A DNA stretch of 63,773 nt, the filler included, from Octopus bimaculoides (lineage: Eukaryota), in NCBI RefSeq assembly GCF_001194135.2. It is 8 parts of 7 records of this genome, joined end to end, with 100 filler letters (N's around TTAATTAATTAA, not from the genome) between each part and the next. Parts side by side here need not be neighbours in the genome. Positions count along the whole stretch, not along the records: positions 8,955 to 25,610 come from NC_068981.1; 7 more parts are not named here. One strand, 5' to 3'. Shown here one piece after another: positions 12,205 through 24,944 of the stretch (positions are counted from its first letter, which is position 1; each line of letters begins with the position of its first letter). The notes beneath the pieces were generated by a model, which did not search any database, had not been told where the DNA came from, and was given only the letters and a program-made list of their open reading frames with translations. A program made the position numbers and the translations under genes.

Positions 12205-13830
12205 ACCCGTTACCGTGGAGAAAAAACTCTTGCCTGGAGAGGGACAGAAAGGAGGGGTCCGACTCACGCTTGGTGAAATCGTCCCAGCATCTCCAAGTAA
12301 GGGTAAGTAGAGCCTTTGTTTTTTTCCCCCAGGTTTATGGCTTCACTTAACTTGGGTGCTTAAATGTACGTGGTTTAAGCTCCAAATGGAAGAAAGCTTG
12401 CCTCCTCGACGACCTCAGATCACATGATATACATGTGATGGTTGCTACAGAGACCAAGCTGGACAGTCTACAAACCTTCTCGCTCCTCCTGAACGGCTGA
12501 GAAAATCATGTCTCCTGGCCAGACCGGAGGTCGAGTAGGTGTAGTAGTACTCGTCCGAAAAGGCTTGACTCTACAGACAAGTACAGTCTATGGGGACCCT
12601 GAAGGTGGGCTAGTCGTCCTTGATATGACGTACTGTGGTAGAGCCTTCGGGTTGATCGTAATCTATGCACCCTGTGCTGGAGGATTACAAATTGATTTTT
12701 ATCGGTGCTTGGAGAAATTTCTCGTAACTTCGAAGACATTAGTGGTGTTAGGTGACTATAACGCTGTCGTTGACGCACGCATCGATAACGTTGGCTCGAT
12801 TGATAGGAAAACGAACTCACGTCTCATAGATCTGCTTAAGCGATTTCAGCTAGCAGATCGTTACATAATTGACCATCCGAACGTCCCAGAGTGGACCTGG
12901 ATGAATGGCAACAGAAGGTTCAAGTCTTACTTAGCTAGGATAGTGATAAGAGCTAGAGATAAGACTAGCTTTAGTTGTCCACAGCTTGTTCAGGTATCCT
13001 ACACTGACCATAGAATGGTTAAGTGTACGCTGAACATAGATAGTGTAGTTAAGAGAGGAAGCTAAACAAGTCTATTTTGACTTGCGAGGCATACTGTAGC
13101 CGGATTAAGGAACTAGTACAGAGGGCTTTAACCGGTTCTGTGGTTAATAACCGGTGGTGGTTCGCCCTCAAAAGAGCCATTCGAGTCTGCAGTCAAAGTG
13201 AATGGATTCTTCTCGAAACTATTCTGGATCGAACGCTCAGTGCGTCAGAGGTGTCCCCTGTCTACGCTTTTGTATGTACTGGCTCTTGAGCCATAGCTGC
13301 GGAAGTTGGAAGCACTAGGGGCCGCACCGAATGATCTGTGGTGCGGAGGTGGAGCTACGGCGTATGCGGATGACATCACCATCATCATGGCGGATGAGAG
13401 CCAGCTTCCAGTGGTGGAGGAGACCATCAAAAGTTACGAGGTGGTGGCAGGAGCAAACGTTAGTCGGTCGGTTTGCAACTCGGCACCTGGAGAGACAAGC
13501 CGATGATGTCCAATAACGTCGTCGGGCGTTGGACGGAAAGGCCTGTTAAGCTGTTTGGGGTGTGGTTTGGACCAGACCTCCAGATAGAGAAAAATTGGTG
13601 TGAGGTAGTCAGTAAGGTGACTGCTCTAAACCAGACCTGGTCTGGGCGGGCGTTAACCTTGCTAGGGAAGGCGGAGGTGGTGCAGATGTTTATAGCATCT
13701 GTTATCAGCTACCGTCTGACCGTGGTGCCTTGCCTTGATTTGTGGCTGAACAAGTTGGACAGAATCCTTTTCCGCTTTCTGTAGAAAGGAGGAAAGCCTC
13801 TTGTGAAGCACGCTGTCTGCTGCCAGAAAT
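12205..13830 (+). mobile_element. L1/Tx1-type LINE, decayed: ORF1 tail, APE endonuclease, large internal deletion, RT C-terminal half; 3'-truncated
   Basis: APE motifs CLNVRGL, ATETKL, LGDYNAVVD, WTW, YTDHRMV. RT motifs SVRQRCPLS.LLYVLALEP, AYADDITII, TWSGRALTLLGKAEVV. Several frameshifts and stops. Confidence 0.92.
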
Positions 13831-13962
13831 GTATGTAATACAATACATACATTTAAATTGATAAGGTTTTTCTAAGCATATGAGCTGTGCTTGTCAGCAC
13901 AATCTTTTGAATTTCTCTGAGACATGATTCTCCTGGGATATTATCTAGATATTTCTGACATT

Positions 13963-14003
<41 letters not shown>

Positions 14004-14007
14004 ACTA

Positions 14008-14306
14008 GGACGCTTGTTTTAGTGGTTAAAGTGTTGCACTCTCGATAGCAAGATCGTCGTTTCAGTTCCTAGACCGAGTGGTGCGTTGTGTTCTTGAGCA
14101 AAACACTTCATCTCACGTTGCCCTGCAATCATTTTGAAATCTGACGCATGGCACACCTGTACACCTGTTCAAGCAACATCGATTTGATGGAGAGAGTGAG
14201 CTAATGTGCGTTACGAACATTTGATCGCTATAAACAAATCAATCGTGGAGGTCGTTCGGCAAAAAGCTGAACGTTCATACGTCGTCGACGACGGGGGAGT
14301 CCATCG
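14008..14306 (+). mobile_element. tRNA-derived SINE family F
   Basis: TAGTGGTTAAAGTGTTGCACTC head plus GCGTTGTGTTCTTGAGCAAAACACTT core; relatives at 49185-49456 (+) and 53893-54125 (-). Confidence 0.7.
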
Positions 14307-14321
14307 TTATCACATTAAAAC

Positions 14322-14550
14322 GGTGAGCTGGAAGAATCGTTAGCGCGCCGGGCGAAGTGCTTAGTGGCATTTCGTCTGTCGTAACGTTCTGAGTTCAAAT
14401 TCTGCCGAGGTCGACTTTGCCTTTTATCCTTTCGGGCTCGATAAATTAAGTACCAGTTACGCCATGGGGTCGATGTAATCGACTTAATTCCTTTGTCTGT
14501 CCTTGTTTGTCCCCTCTATGTTTAGCCCCTTGTGGGCAATAAAGAAATAA
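14322..14550 (+). mobile_element. SINE family C
   Basis: GGTGAGCTGGAAGAATCGTTAG head and GAGGTCGACTTTGCCTTT..CCTTTCGGG.TCGATAAATTAAGTACCAG core; relatives near 7735, 43890, 44125, 47360, 59100 (-) and 62000 (-). Confidence 0.7.
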
Positions 14551-15572
14551 GAATCGTTAGAGCATCGAATAAAATGTCTTGAAGTATTTCTTCTAGGTTT
14601 TTAACGTTCTGAGTCCTAATCCCACTGAATCAACTTTGTCTTCCATCCCTCCGGGGGCCGATAAAATAAAGTAAGACTCTAGTAGTTGGGCCGATGGTAT
14701 CAAGGAATTCGTCTCAAAACGGTTGGCTTCGAGGCTGTATTATTTATCCCAAGATTGATGTATTGGCAGAATCGTTAGGAGTCTGTTACAATAAATTACA
14801 GTGCTTGTTCTGTCACACTGCGGTCTGGGTTCAAATCCAGCCGCAATCAATTTTATTAGTTTTTTTTTTTTTATCATTTCGGGATTTGATAAAATAAGAA
14901 TTATGAGCTGGAGTCCATATTTTATTATCCTATTTTCGTTGATCTTCTTTAACTCCATCTCAGCCCTGATCGAGCTGAGATATGACCAAAAATATTCTAT
15001 CCATGGCCATCACGTCGTTTCTTACGCAGAGAACTACATTATCCAGTATGTTTTGTATGTTTTTGTATTTGGCTGGCAAGATTCTTGATGAGAACTCGTG
15101 TGCTGAAACAGTTTATATTTTTTGTATCTTGGGAGGGCCATTATGCCAATAATAAAAACACGCACTGGTTCTCTTTCATTTCTTTATTTAATTACTTGAT
15201 TAATTGTTTAGTCAATCAATCAATCAATCATTCATGTTCGTCAAAGTTCTTTCGCCGCCATTCACGATCTCAACAATGACATGCCCTCTCTACACCAGGC
15301 GTGTTTCAGGTCTGTCTGTCTCCTAGTTTACAGATTTGAATCCTTATAATATTTTCTAAAACATTAGGATATAAATTAAAGAAGATTTGGTTGTTATGTC
15401 TAGCAGATCGAGTGGCCACGTAGAAGCCCTTCCAGTGACGCTTGTCAGCTCCTTCACTCCCATTGGCTCAGAGCTAATGCGATTCATGTCGCCCTTGGTA
15501 TTATTATCACTATCATTGTCGCTACTTCTCCATCCTCTCTCATCAATAACACTATATGTGTGTGTGGCTGCA

Positions 15573-15606
<34 letters not shown>

Positions 15607-15949
15607 CAATGTCACATTACGTGTGAACCGTTCCAATAACTGCAGCGATGCCGCCCTCTTCCATCTCATATTGACTTTAATACAGATAGATAGAGATATA
15701 AAAGACATCTATAGACAAACATATAATATATAGCCATACACATCTATATATAGATAAACATGTCTATATTCATACTTATACATATTAATAGAGATGCGTT
15801 TCCACACGTTATAACTATCGATAGATATAGACATACTATAGATATATACATATTTATTGATGATCATATCTGTAAACATACGTATACTTCAAATATATAT
15901 ACATGCATATATATGTATATTCATGGATATACATGTTTCTACATGTATC

Positions 15950-15991
<42 letters not shown>

Positions 15992-15992
15992 C

Positions 15993-16041
<49 letters not shown>

Positions 16042-16425
16042 NNNNNNNNNNNNNNNNNNNNNNNNNNNNNNNNNNNNNNNNNNNNNNNNNNNNNNNNNNN
16101 NNNNNNNNNNNNNNNNNNNNNNNNNNNNNNNNNNNNNNNNNNNNNNNNNNNNNNNNNNNNNNNNNNNNNNNNNNNNNNNNNNNNNNNNNNNNNNNNNNNN
16201 NNNNNNNNNNNNNNNNNNNNNNNNNNNNNNNNNNNNNNNNNNNNNNNNNNNNGTGTGTGAGCGTGTGAGAACGTGAGATTGTGTGTGCGGGCGAACGTTT
16301 GCGTGTATATATGAATATATAGTGATATGAAGATGACTAGATAGCTTTTATATGAGCTAATGTTTACAAGAAAAGATCTATATACATATCAATATATATA
16401 TATATATGTGCATATACATATACAA

Positions 16426-16468
<43 letters not shown>

Positions 16469-16628
16469 GCATGCATATAACACGTATATATATATATATG
16501 CATATATATGTTATATGTATGCATTTTTTATGCATATAAATCATATGCATGTGTGCAGACATATATACATGCTTAGATACATACATATATATGCATATAC
16601 ACACATGTATACACGTATGTTTATATAC

Positions 16629-16692
<64 letters not shown>

Positions 16693-17143
16693 ACGTATGT
16701 ATGTACGTATTTGCGTGCATGTATACACGCATGCATATATACATGCATATTTGACATTCGATATTTATAAATTGTATTCGAACTGATTATTGTGCGAGGT
16801 TGTAAGTTGTTTTATATATGCGATGATGTTAGGGTAATATTTCTGTGCAAGTCACGCTTCACTATGAGAAATCCATTGACTTCTATCAGAAGGAACCATT
16901 TAGAATGCCAACCGCATCAAATGAAAAGAATTTCTCATTGCGCATTTTCAAAAATGAATCCATTGAATCCTTATAATTGTTGTCGTTGTTGTTGTTGCTG
17001 CTTCTGTTGTTGTTTTTGTTTGTGTGTGTGTGTGTTAGGGGACAGTGGAAAGGGGTCGTTTTCGAAAATAAATGCATACACATATTTTGAATATGTATAT
17101 ATGTATACATATATATATGTATGTATGAATATGTATATATGTA

Positions 17144-17187
<44 letters not shown>

Positions 17188-17434
17188 CTGTACAAGAATA
17201 ACTTACTTCCCCTTACGTATGTTCTTCTTCCTTCTCCTCCTTTTCCTCCTCTCCCTCCTCCTCCTCCTCCACCACTGCCACAAAGTTCATCTGTAGAGGT
17301 TGATTGATTTCTTTTTGTCTTTTTTTTCTTTCTGTTGGGTTGTTATTGCATGTAGTGTGTGCATATATACACACATATACACAGACACACACGCACACAC
17401 ACATATTCATATATATTATATACACCCATCTATA

Positions 17435-17504
<70 letters not shown>

Positions 17505-17578
17505 CATGTATGTATGTATGTAATTCTAATATTTTCATTCGATAAACGGAAATATAGAAATGCGAATGGCTGAAAATA

Positions 17579-17622
<44 letters not shown>

Positions 17623-18354
17623 ACCTGAGAGAAGTACACACCCTGCAAGGATAAAATGTAATGTTGACTTTGGCTTGATTTGAACGGAGACCAGCGATAA
17701 AATAAGTACCGCTTGGTAGTACTTAGGTCGATCTAATTAATTATAGCTTCCCATAAATAGTAAAATCAATTAAGCATTCCTTTTGCGGAATCGTACTGGA
17801 GGTATTGAGTTACGTCCTTGTGGTACTGGGTTCAAATCCCATTGAAGTCAACTTTACCTTGTAACCTTCCAGGGTAGATATAGCAATTTATTGTTCGATA
17901 TCGCATCATTCTTGATAGAGCAGATCTATGATCGAAGGCGTTCCAGTCATGACTAACACTTTTCTATATCCTATAGTGTAGTGGGGTATTGGAATAACGT
18001 ATGCATTAATCTGTTTGTCTGCGATTGGCGGTGGTGATTGTGGTAATATAGTGGTGTTGGTGGTGGTGGTGGTGTTGACGGTGTTGGTGGGGGGGGGGAG
18101 TACAATGTGTCCCTTTTTTAAACTATCGATGGTTTGAGAAAGATTCGGCTGCTAGTTTTAGCAGACCAAGCAATTTCATAGAGACCGCCCCCTCGTGGGT
18201 TCGTTTAGATATCAGTTCTTTATTAGTCTAACCAACTAGAGTGAGGGTATATCGTTGATGAGGTCGCGAATAGCGACGAAAGGACTTTGTCAAACAAACA
18301 ACCGATTGATTGCTTAACCAACACATTAAGCAAACGATCGATTTAGTCAGTTAC

Positions 18355-18431
18355 ATATTGAACCAATTGTCTAACAATAAAGAAGTGATATTGAACCAAT
18401 TGTCTAACAATAAAGAAGTGATATTGAACCA
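18355..18431. repeat. Perfect 33-bp tandem duplication (2.3 copies)
   Basis: ATATTGAACCAATTGTCTAACAATAAAGAAGTG twice, plus ATATTGAACCA. Confidence 0.95.
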
Positions 18432-18561
18432 GTGTGTATGTTCATTATTATTATTGTCTTAATGACCCTCCCAAGACAAGATTTTTATTTCAACACAGGA
18501 ATTCACATCAAAAATCTTATAAACCAAATGCAAAAGCGAAACTCAGCATATGGCTTTATAC

Positions 18562-18806
18562 TTGTGCTTCTCAACTGGGGTTCATATGTCCCTTAGGGAT
18601 CCATGCAAGATTTTGTTGTTAAAGTTTGCATAAATAGGTTATACTTCCACAATAAAATAAGTATTTAAACAATTTTTTATGCAATTCCTAATTGTTTCAT
18701 TATCAAACTATAATAGTTTTTTTTTTTTTTTTTAACACGGAATGGCTAAGAGGGTCCAGTTGAGTAAAATAGGGATCCATTGGCAAAACCTGGTTGAGAA
18801 CCACTG
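18562..18806. mobile_element. hAT (Charlie-like) MITE, 245 bp
   Basis: Right TIR GGTTGAGAACCACTG, degenerate left TIR TTGTGCTTCTCAAC, perfect 8-bp TSD CTTTATAC at 18554-18561 and 18807-18814. Confidence 0.85.
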
Positions 18807-19214
18807 CTTTATACAGAAAGGTCTTATCTAAAAAAAATATGAGTCATTTGAGAGAGAGAAGATTTTTGGACATGTCTTGATATCCAACCGCCCAAGTGGT
18901 ACGATAGATGTTTGTTTTCACGCATAAACCAAAAGATCCTTTTGCAGCTGGGCATTTCCACATTTCGTCCTTTCTTCTTTTATTTCGCTATTCTTTATGA
19001 TCTTTTCGACTTTTCATTCTGTAATCTTTGTCTAAAGGAATTACAAAGTCTGTCACAAAACATTCTGTTATTTTCGTATTATGTACAATGACACCTGGTC
19101 TACGCTGTTTCACTTGTGAAATGTGGTCCCTGTTCATGCATTTAAAAGTACACATACCTGGAGCAAAGCTAAAATTAGGTCCTCAAAAATGAAAGAAATG
19201 ATAGAATTCAGGGG

Positions 19215-19406
19215 TTTCTCAATGTAATATCATCGACAAAGTCTTGTCTAGTCAACGTTAGGGAATTAAACATTCTCAGACTTTCTTGAAATAATGGCAA
19301 GCTCCACTGTCACATAGGATATAGACCAGAAAAAGATCACTAATATGTCATCTTGTATAACACCAGTCCGCAGCTCAAATATTTCGGCTTCAGTGTTTCG
19401 TGTGAC
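19215..19406 (-). mobile_element. RTE-clade RT fragment (GVLQG to FADD region), antisense
   Basis: TEAEIFELRTGVIQDDIL resembles GETELFEILAGVLQGDTL; later QDFVDDITL resembles DFADDIAL. Confidence 0.65.
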
Positions 19407-19407
19407 C

Positions 19408-19925
19408 AATTGTCCCATAGATTTCGCTGTTAACATCGGTTTGTTGTCGAATGAAATTATAGATGTTCGGGCCTTCTGCCAAGAGAATAACCTGAGATTT
19501 ACATGGTCAACAGTGTAATTGACCATAAACCGTCCAAGACCGGTAATGGCACCCTGCTCAAACTAGTTTCTGATGTCAAATATTCCAGAATATTCTCAGT
19601 GGATTCAGGGAGGTACATAAACGTGTATCGGGCCCTGCTTGAAAAGTGCTCGATGATAGAAGCAATACTTGAGCATCCATTGTCTCCAAAGAACTCAAGA
19701 AGAGATTCTTCATCGCAATAAAAGCGACAATCCTTATTTTATGGGTTTGAAATATGGACTCTCTTATCAGCTCCACAATGGATGCTACATTCAGATGCTT
19801 CCGATGGCCCCCAGCATTAGCAGAATGCAGGAAATGACCAATTGGTAATTCTATTATAATTTCTCTCAATTAATCAACATGCTAGCAGAGAGAGGGCCAT
19901 AGCTTGTAGGACACCGAGTTGACGA
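19408..19925 (+). mobile_element. RTE-clade LINE fragment, RT FADD motif to C-terminal region
   Basis: IDFAVNIGLLSNEI, KTGNGTLLKLVSDVKY, LKKRFFIA, YGFEIWTL, GCYIQMLPMA and LVGH match RTE ORF motifs, with frameshifts. Confidence 0.75.
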
Positions 19926-20273
19926 ATGATCATTTTGGGATTGTCGTATCGGAGGATAAGCCCAAAGAGGGAACAGAGATGTCAGCACTGCTGATAGAAC
20001 TTAGGGTACTGATCAGGGAACGGGGGAAATGGTGGTGATGGTGGTGGTGGTGGTGGTGGTGATGGTGGATCTGGTGATGGTGGTGGTGGTCGTGATTGTA
20101 AGGGGTTGGAAATAATGTATTAACTCGCTTGTCTGTCTACCTGTATGTGTGTGTGTATCATAAGTGTGTGTGTGTGCGTGTGTGTGTGTGTGTGTGTGTA
20201 TAAGTATATATGTACATATATATATATACATACATACACACATATGTGTGCTTGTGTGTTCAATCATGTTTTC

Positions 20274-20352
<79 letters not shown>

Positions 20353-20464
20353 TAAACGAAAGGGATGGATTAACCCATTACTTCGTGGTCCCCAACATCA
20401 TCAGAACTAATTCAGTCGCTGTTGTTTCTTTTGTTTGTTGTTTTTTTCGTTTTTTTTTTTTTGT

Positions 20465-20845
20465 TCTTAAGTTCCACCGATATTCTTTTATTCCATTGGT
20501 CTCAATCCGTTCTTCCTGGCTTCTGTTTCCTTTCCTTCTCAATTCACCAATATTCTCTTGGTCCATTGGTCTCAATCCATTCTTCTTGGCTTCTATCTTC
20601 TTTCCTTCTCAATCTATTTCCAAATGGCTCTGTCTTACCACAACATGGCTACCACATCGTGTCTCATGAAAGGACAATATCTGGAGGACATTCTCAGACG
20701 GCAGTAATGTAGCTAATGCGTCTCCTTGTTTTTTGAGGCTGGTTTACATCGCCTACATTTGTAGTCTGCTGGTTGATGTCTGTCTTTTGAGTAGAAGGAA
20801 CTTCGTGAAGACCTTTGTTCTTGGATTGCATAGAGGTAACCTATA
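20465..20845 (-). mobile_element. RLE-type non-LTR retrotransposon fragment (R2/R4/NeSL group): zinc knuckle and start of the RLE domain
   Basis: GYLYAIQEQ, KCRRCK, ISYITA, RMSSRYCPFMRHDVVAMLW (CCHC knuckle plus RHD motif), then KEYRWNL. Frameshifted. Confidence 0.7.
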
Positions 20846-21301
20846 AGAGAGTGTGTTTGTGTGTGTGTGTGTGTTTGTATGTATGGATGTGTGTATGTTT
20901 GTATATGTTTCTAAGTATGTGCAGATGTGTAATATATACATGCACACACACACATACACACACATATATATATACACGTATGTATGTATGTGACTGCATG
21001 CATGCGTGAATGTATGTGTGCATACATGTGTTTGTGTGTATGTATATATAAATGTATGCATACATGTATAAATGTTTGTATGCATGCACGTAAGTATGTT
21101 TGTATGTATGTATGTATATATGCATCTGTATATGTGTACGCCTGCATATATATATTTGTGTGTGTATGTGTTGTATGCAAATATACATGTATGTATGCAT
21201 GCATGTATGCCTGTTTGTATATTTGTATTTAAGATTGTATACATGTGTATGTATACATGTACCTTTGCATGCATGTTTGTTTCTATGAGGCTATATAAGT
21301 A

Positions 21302-21354
<53 letters not shown>

Positions 21355-22604
21355 TGAGTACGTATGTGGGATGTGTAGTGATTGCGGAAATCGGTGTACG
21401 GCTGGGTGCAGTAATTCGATGTGGTAACATGCTTGGGCACGTGTTTGCAACATTTAAAAGATTCTTTCGATGGTAGCTGTCGGAAATGGAGTTAGGCTAT
21501 GGGAGGGGGGAGGATTGATCGATCATCGTACAGATAAAAGGGGAGAGAAAGAGAAAAAGAGAGATAGGTGGTTGGAAGCAAATGAAGGATGGGTGAAGAT
21601 AGACACAGAAAGAGAGAGAGTGTGTGTGCGAGTGAGTGAGTGAGTGAGTGAGTGAGTGAGTGAGTGAGTGAGTGAGTGAGAGAGAGAGAGAGACAAACTG
21701 ACTGGCAGTAAGAGAAAGGGAGCCCTGGAAGGCTGAGTGAACAGAGTGAATAAAAGAAGTAGAGGGAGAAGAAGAAAGTAAAGATGAGGAATCGGGGTAA
21801 TACTGATGGAAAATGGAAAGGTTAGGAATATGATTGGAAGTGAAAGTGAAAGTGAAACTAGAGGAGCTAGAATAGTGGAGCGAGATGGAGCGAAACAAAG
21901 ATTGGTAGGAAAGAGAGTGAAAGTGAGAGGTAATCAAGAAGACCGAAAAAAGAGTGGGAGAGAGAGAGAGAGATACTGGGTGAAAGAGAGGGAGAGAAGA
22001 TATAAGTGAGGAAATGTCATGAATACATTAGTGAAGGAGAGACACAGTAAACCAGGCAAAGAGGAAGAGAGATGAAAAGCGAGAGTGAGAGACAAAATGA
22101 GAAATGGTAGTTGAGGATATACACACATATATATATATAAATATATAGATAGAGAGAGAGAGAGAGAGGAAAGTAAAGAATAGATGAGAGACAGAGAGGA
22201 GAAGGAAGAGAGAATGAGACTGAAAGCAGGGGGTGTGGAGGAAAAGGGGGATAAAGAATGACATACAGGCAGACAGGCAGGCAAGGGGTCACAGAAGTGG
22301 AGAGAAAATGGTCCGCGAGATGGGTAGAGAGGAAATGGAGGTGAGACAAAAAGTTAATGGGTGAAAGAGAGAAATGGGTCTCTGTATTGGGGGTGGTTTT
22401 ATATGCGTGTATGCATGCATATCTTTATGTGTGTGTGTGTGTATGTGAGTTTGTGTGTATGTATGCATTCATGTGTGTATGTATATGAAGGTAATAGTGA
22501 AATGAGAGGGGAAGTGGTGAGGTTGAAGGAGAGGATCAAACAGTAAAAGAGAGATTGACATTAAGAGATATGAGGATAAATGTGTATATATATATATATG
22601 TATA

Positions 22605-22647
<43 letters not shown>

Positions 22648-23193
22648 NNNNNNNNNNNNNNNNNNNNNNNNNNNNNNNNNNNNNNNNNNNNNNNNNNNNN
22701 NNNNNNNNNNNNNNNNNNNNNNNNNNNNNNNNNNNNNNNNNNNNNNNNNNNNNNNNNNNNNNNNNNNNNNNNNNNNNNNNNNNNNNNNNNNNNNNNNNNN
22801 NNNNNNNNNNNNNNNNNNNNNNNNNNNNNNNNNNNNNNNNNNNNNNNNNNNNNNNNNNNNNNNNNNNNNNNNNNNNNNNNNNNNNNNNNNNNNNNNNNNN
22901 NNNNNNNNNNNNNNNNNNNNNNNNNNNNNNNNNNNNNNNNNNNNNNNNNNNNNNNNNNNNNNNNNNNNNNNNNNNNNNNNNNNNNNNNNNNNNNNNNNNN
23001 NNNNNNNNNNNNNNNNNNNNNNNNNNNNNNNNNNNNNNNNNNNNTGTGTGTGTGTGTGTGTGTGTGTGTGTTTCAAGTTATAGAATTCATCGTATGGAAA
23101 TGTACCATTTATCTGTTGAATGTGAACACGAAGAGAATGTGACAAATGGAAGACATTAAAATGTGCACAAGCATACAAACATACAAACATATA

Positions 23194-23225
<32 letters not shown>

Positions 23226-23227
23226 GC

Positions 23228-23271
<44 letters not shown>

Positions 23272-23311
23272 CACACATACACACATACACACATACACAC
23301 ACACATACATA

Positions 23312-23527
23312 GAGTAATCCCTCGCCATATTGCGGTTCACCTATTGGAGTTTATTATTTAAGCTTACGTCGATTCCTCCGTGGTGTTGCTTTGCATTTAT
23401 AACAAAATATATACGTACAAATTTTAAAAATAATAATAATAAAATATACAGTACTGATTCTACTTCACGGATTTTCACCTATCACGAGGCAGGGTTTGGA
23501 ACGTGACACTCGCGATAGTCGAGGGAT

Positions 23528-23532
<5 letters not shown>
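23312..23532. mobile_element. pogo/Tigger-like Tc1-mariner MITE, about 220 bp
   Basis: TIR core AGTAATCCCTCG / CGAGGGATTACT with TA flanks. Confidence 0.75.
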
Positions 23533-23621
<89 letters not shown>

Positions 23622-23631
23622 GCATACATAC

Positions 23632-23683
<52 letters not shown>

Positions 23684-24035
23684 CGACAGACAGACAGACA
23701 GACAGATACATACATGCATACATGCATACATGCATACACACATACATACATACATACATACATACATGCATGCATACATACATATTTTCATCCTCATCAT
23801 CATTTAGCGTCCATTCCCCATGCTGGCATGAACTAAAAGACTGGACTGTAACTTGTAAGCAGGAGAGTTGCACCAGGCTCGAATCTGATTTGCTACGGTT
23901 TCTACGGCTGGATGCCCTTCCTAACGCCAACCACTCCACCACAGAGAATAGTGGATGCTTTTGACGTGTTATAGGCACGGGTGCCTATTACGTATCACTG
24001 GTACTGACTACGGTGACGATTTCACTTAGCTTGAC

Positions 24036-24378
24036 ATATCGCGGTTCACCTATGGCGCCCGCAGTACATCGCGAATTTTTCTGGCTAATATATGTAAATT
24101 TATATCGCGGCCTCCTCTGAATATCATGGGTTTCTGCTGTCGATAAGCATTTGTATTTTTTTAGATTTTAATTATTTCTGTAGTTAATATATAAAAGTAG
24201 AGTACAGTAATGCACTGTATAACAACACATTAATTAACTCGGGAGGCGAGTGTGTGGTATTGTTTTGCTTTTATAATAAAATTTTTTAAAAACATACAGT
24301 CCAGTACTGTTTCTACAGATTTTCACGTATCGCTGGGTATTCTGGAATACAACACCCACGATAGTCGAAGCATTCCTG
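24036..24378. mobile_element. Related pogo-like MITE lacking its left terminus
   Basis: Shares ATATCGCGGTTCACCTAT start and GGATTTTCAC..ATC...GATAGTCGA end with 23312-23532. Confidence 0.6.
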
Positions 24379-24584
24379 TGCACACAGGCACAAAAGTAAA
24401 ATATATATGTAGCCTCAAGCATGGTTGTGTAATTAAGAAGCTCGCTTTATAAACACATGGTTGCGAGTTCAGTCTCACTACATGGCGGCACCTTGGGCAA
24501 ATGTCTTCTTCTATCGATTTGGGTTGATCAATGCGTCATGAGTGAATCTGTCAGGCGGAAATTGCATAGAAGCCCGTCGTATAC

Positions 24585-24790
24585 GGCATCTGATATAGCT
24601 TTTTAAACGAGACAATGATTGAAAAGACACCCACATAAATTGCATATCTGCTTTGTTTGACCAAGAGCTGCAGTTAAGCTCTGATCGTTGTGGATCTAAA
24701 AATGTCTTTTGAGGCCTCTGTTAGATTTGCAGACTTTATGGCATACACGGCACTGACAGGTGTACACAGACATACAGGCAGAGAAGTTGG
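24585..24790 (-). mobile_element. Decayed pair of C2H2 zinc fingers, probably the C-terminus of an RTE-like LINE ORF
   Basis: CRVCHKVCKSNRGLKRHF*IH and ICNLCGCLF(K)SLSRLKSYIR, with one stop and one frameshift; no TGEKP linker and no splice context. Confidence 0.55.
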
Positions 24791-24892
24791 TGGAGGCATC
24801 TGTGTGTGTGTGTGTATATACACATATGCAAGCATGCAAACTCGTATATATTGATATAAACGCATTGACATAAACAGAGAGAGAGAGAGAGA

Positions 24893-24944
<52 letters not shown>

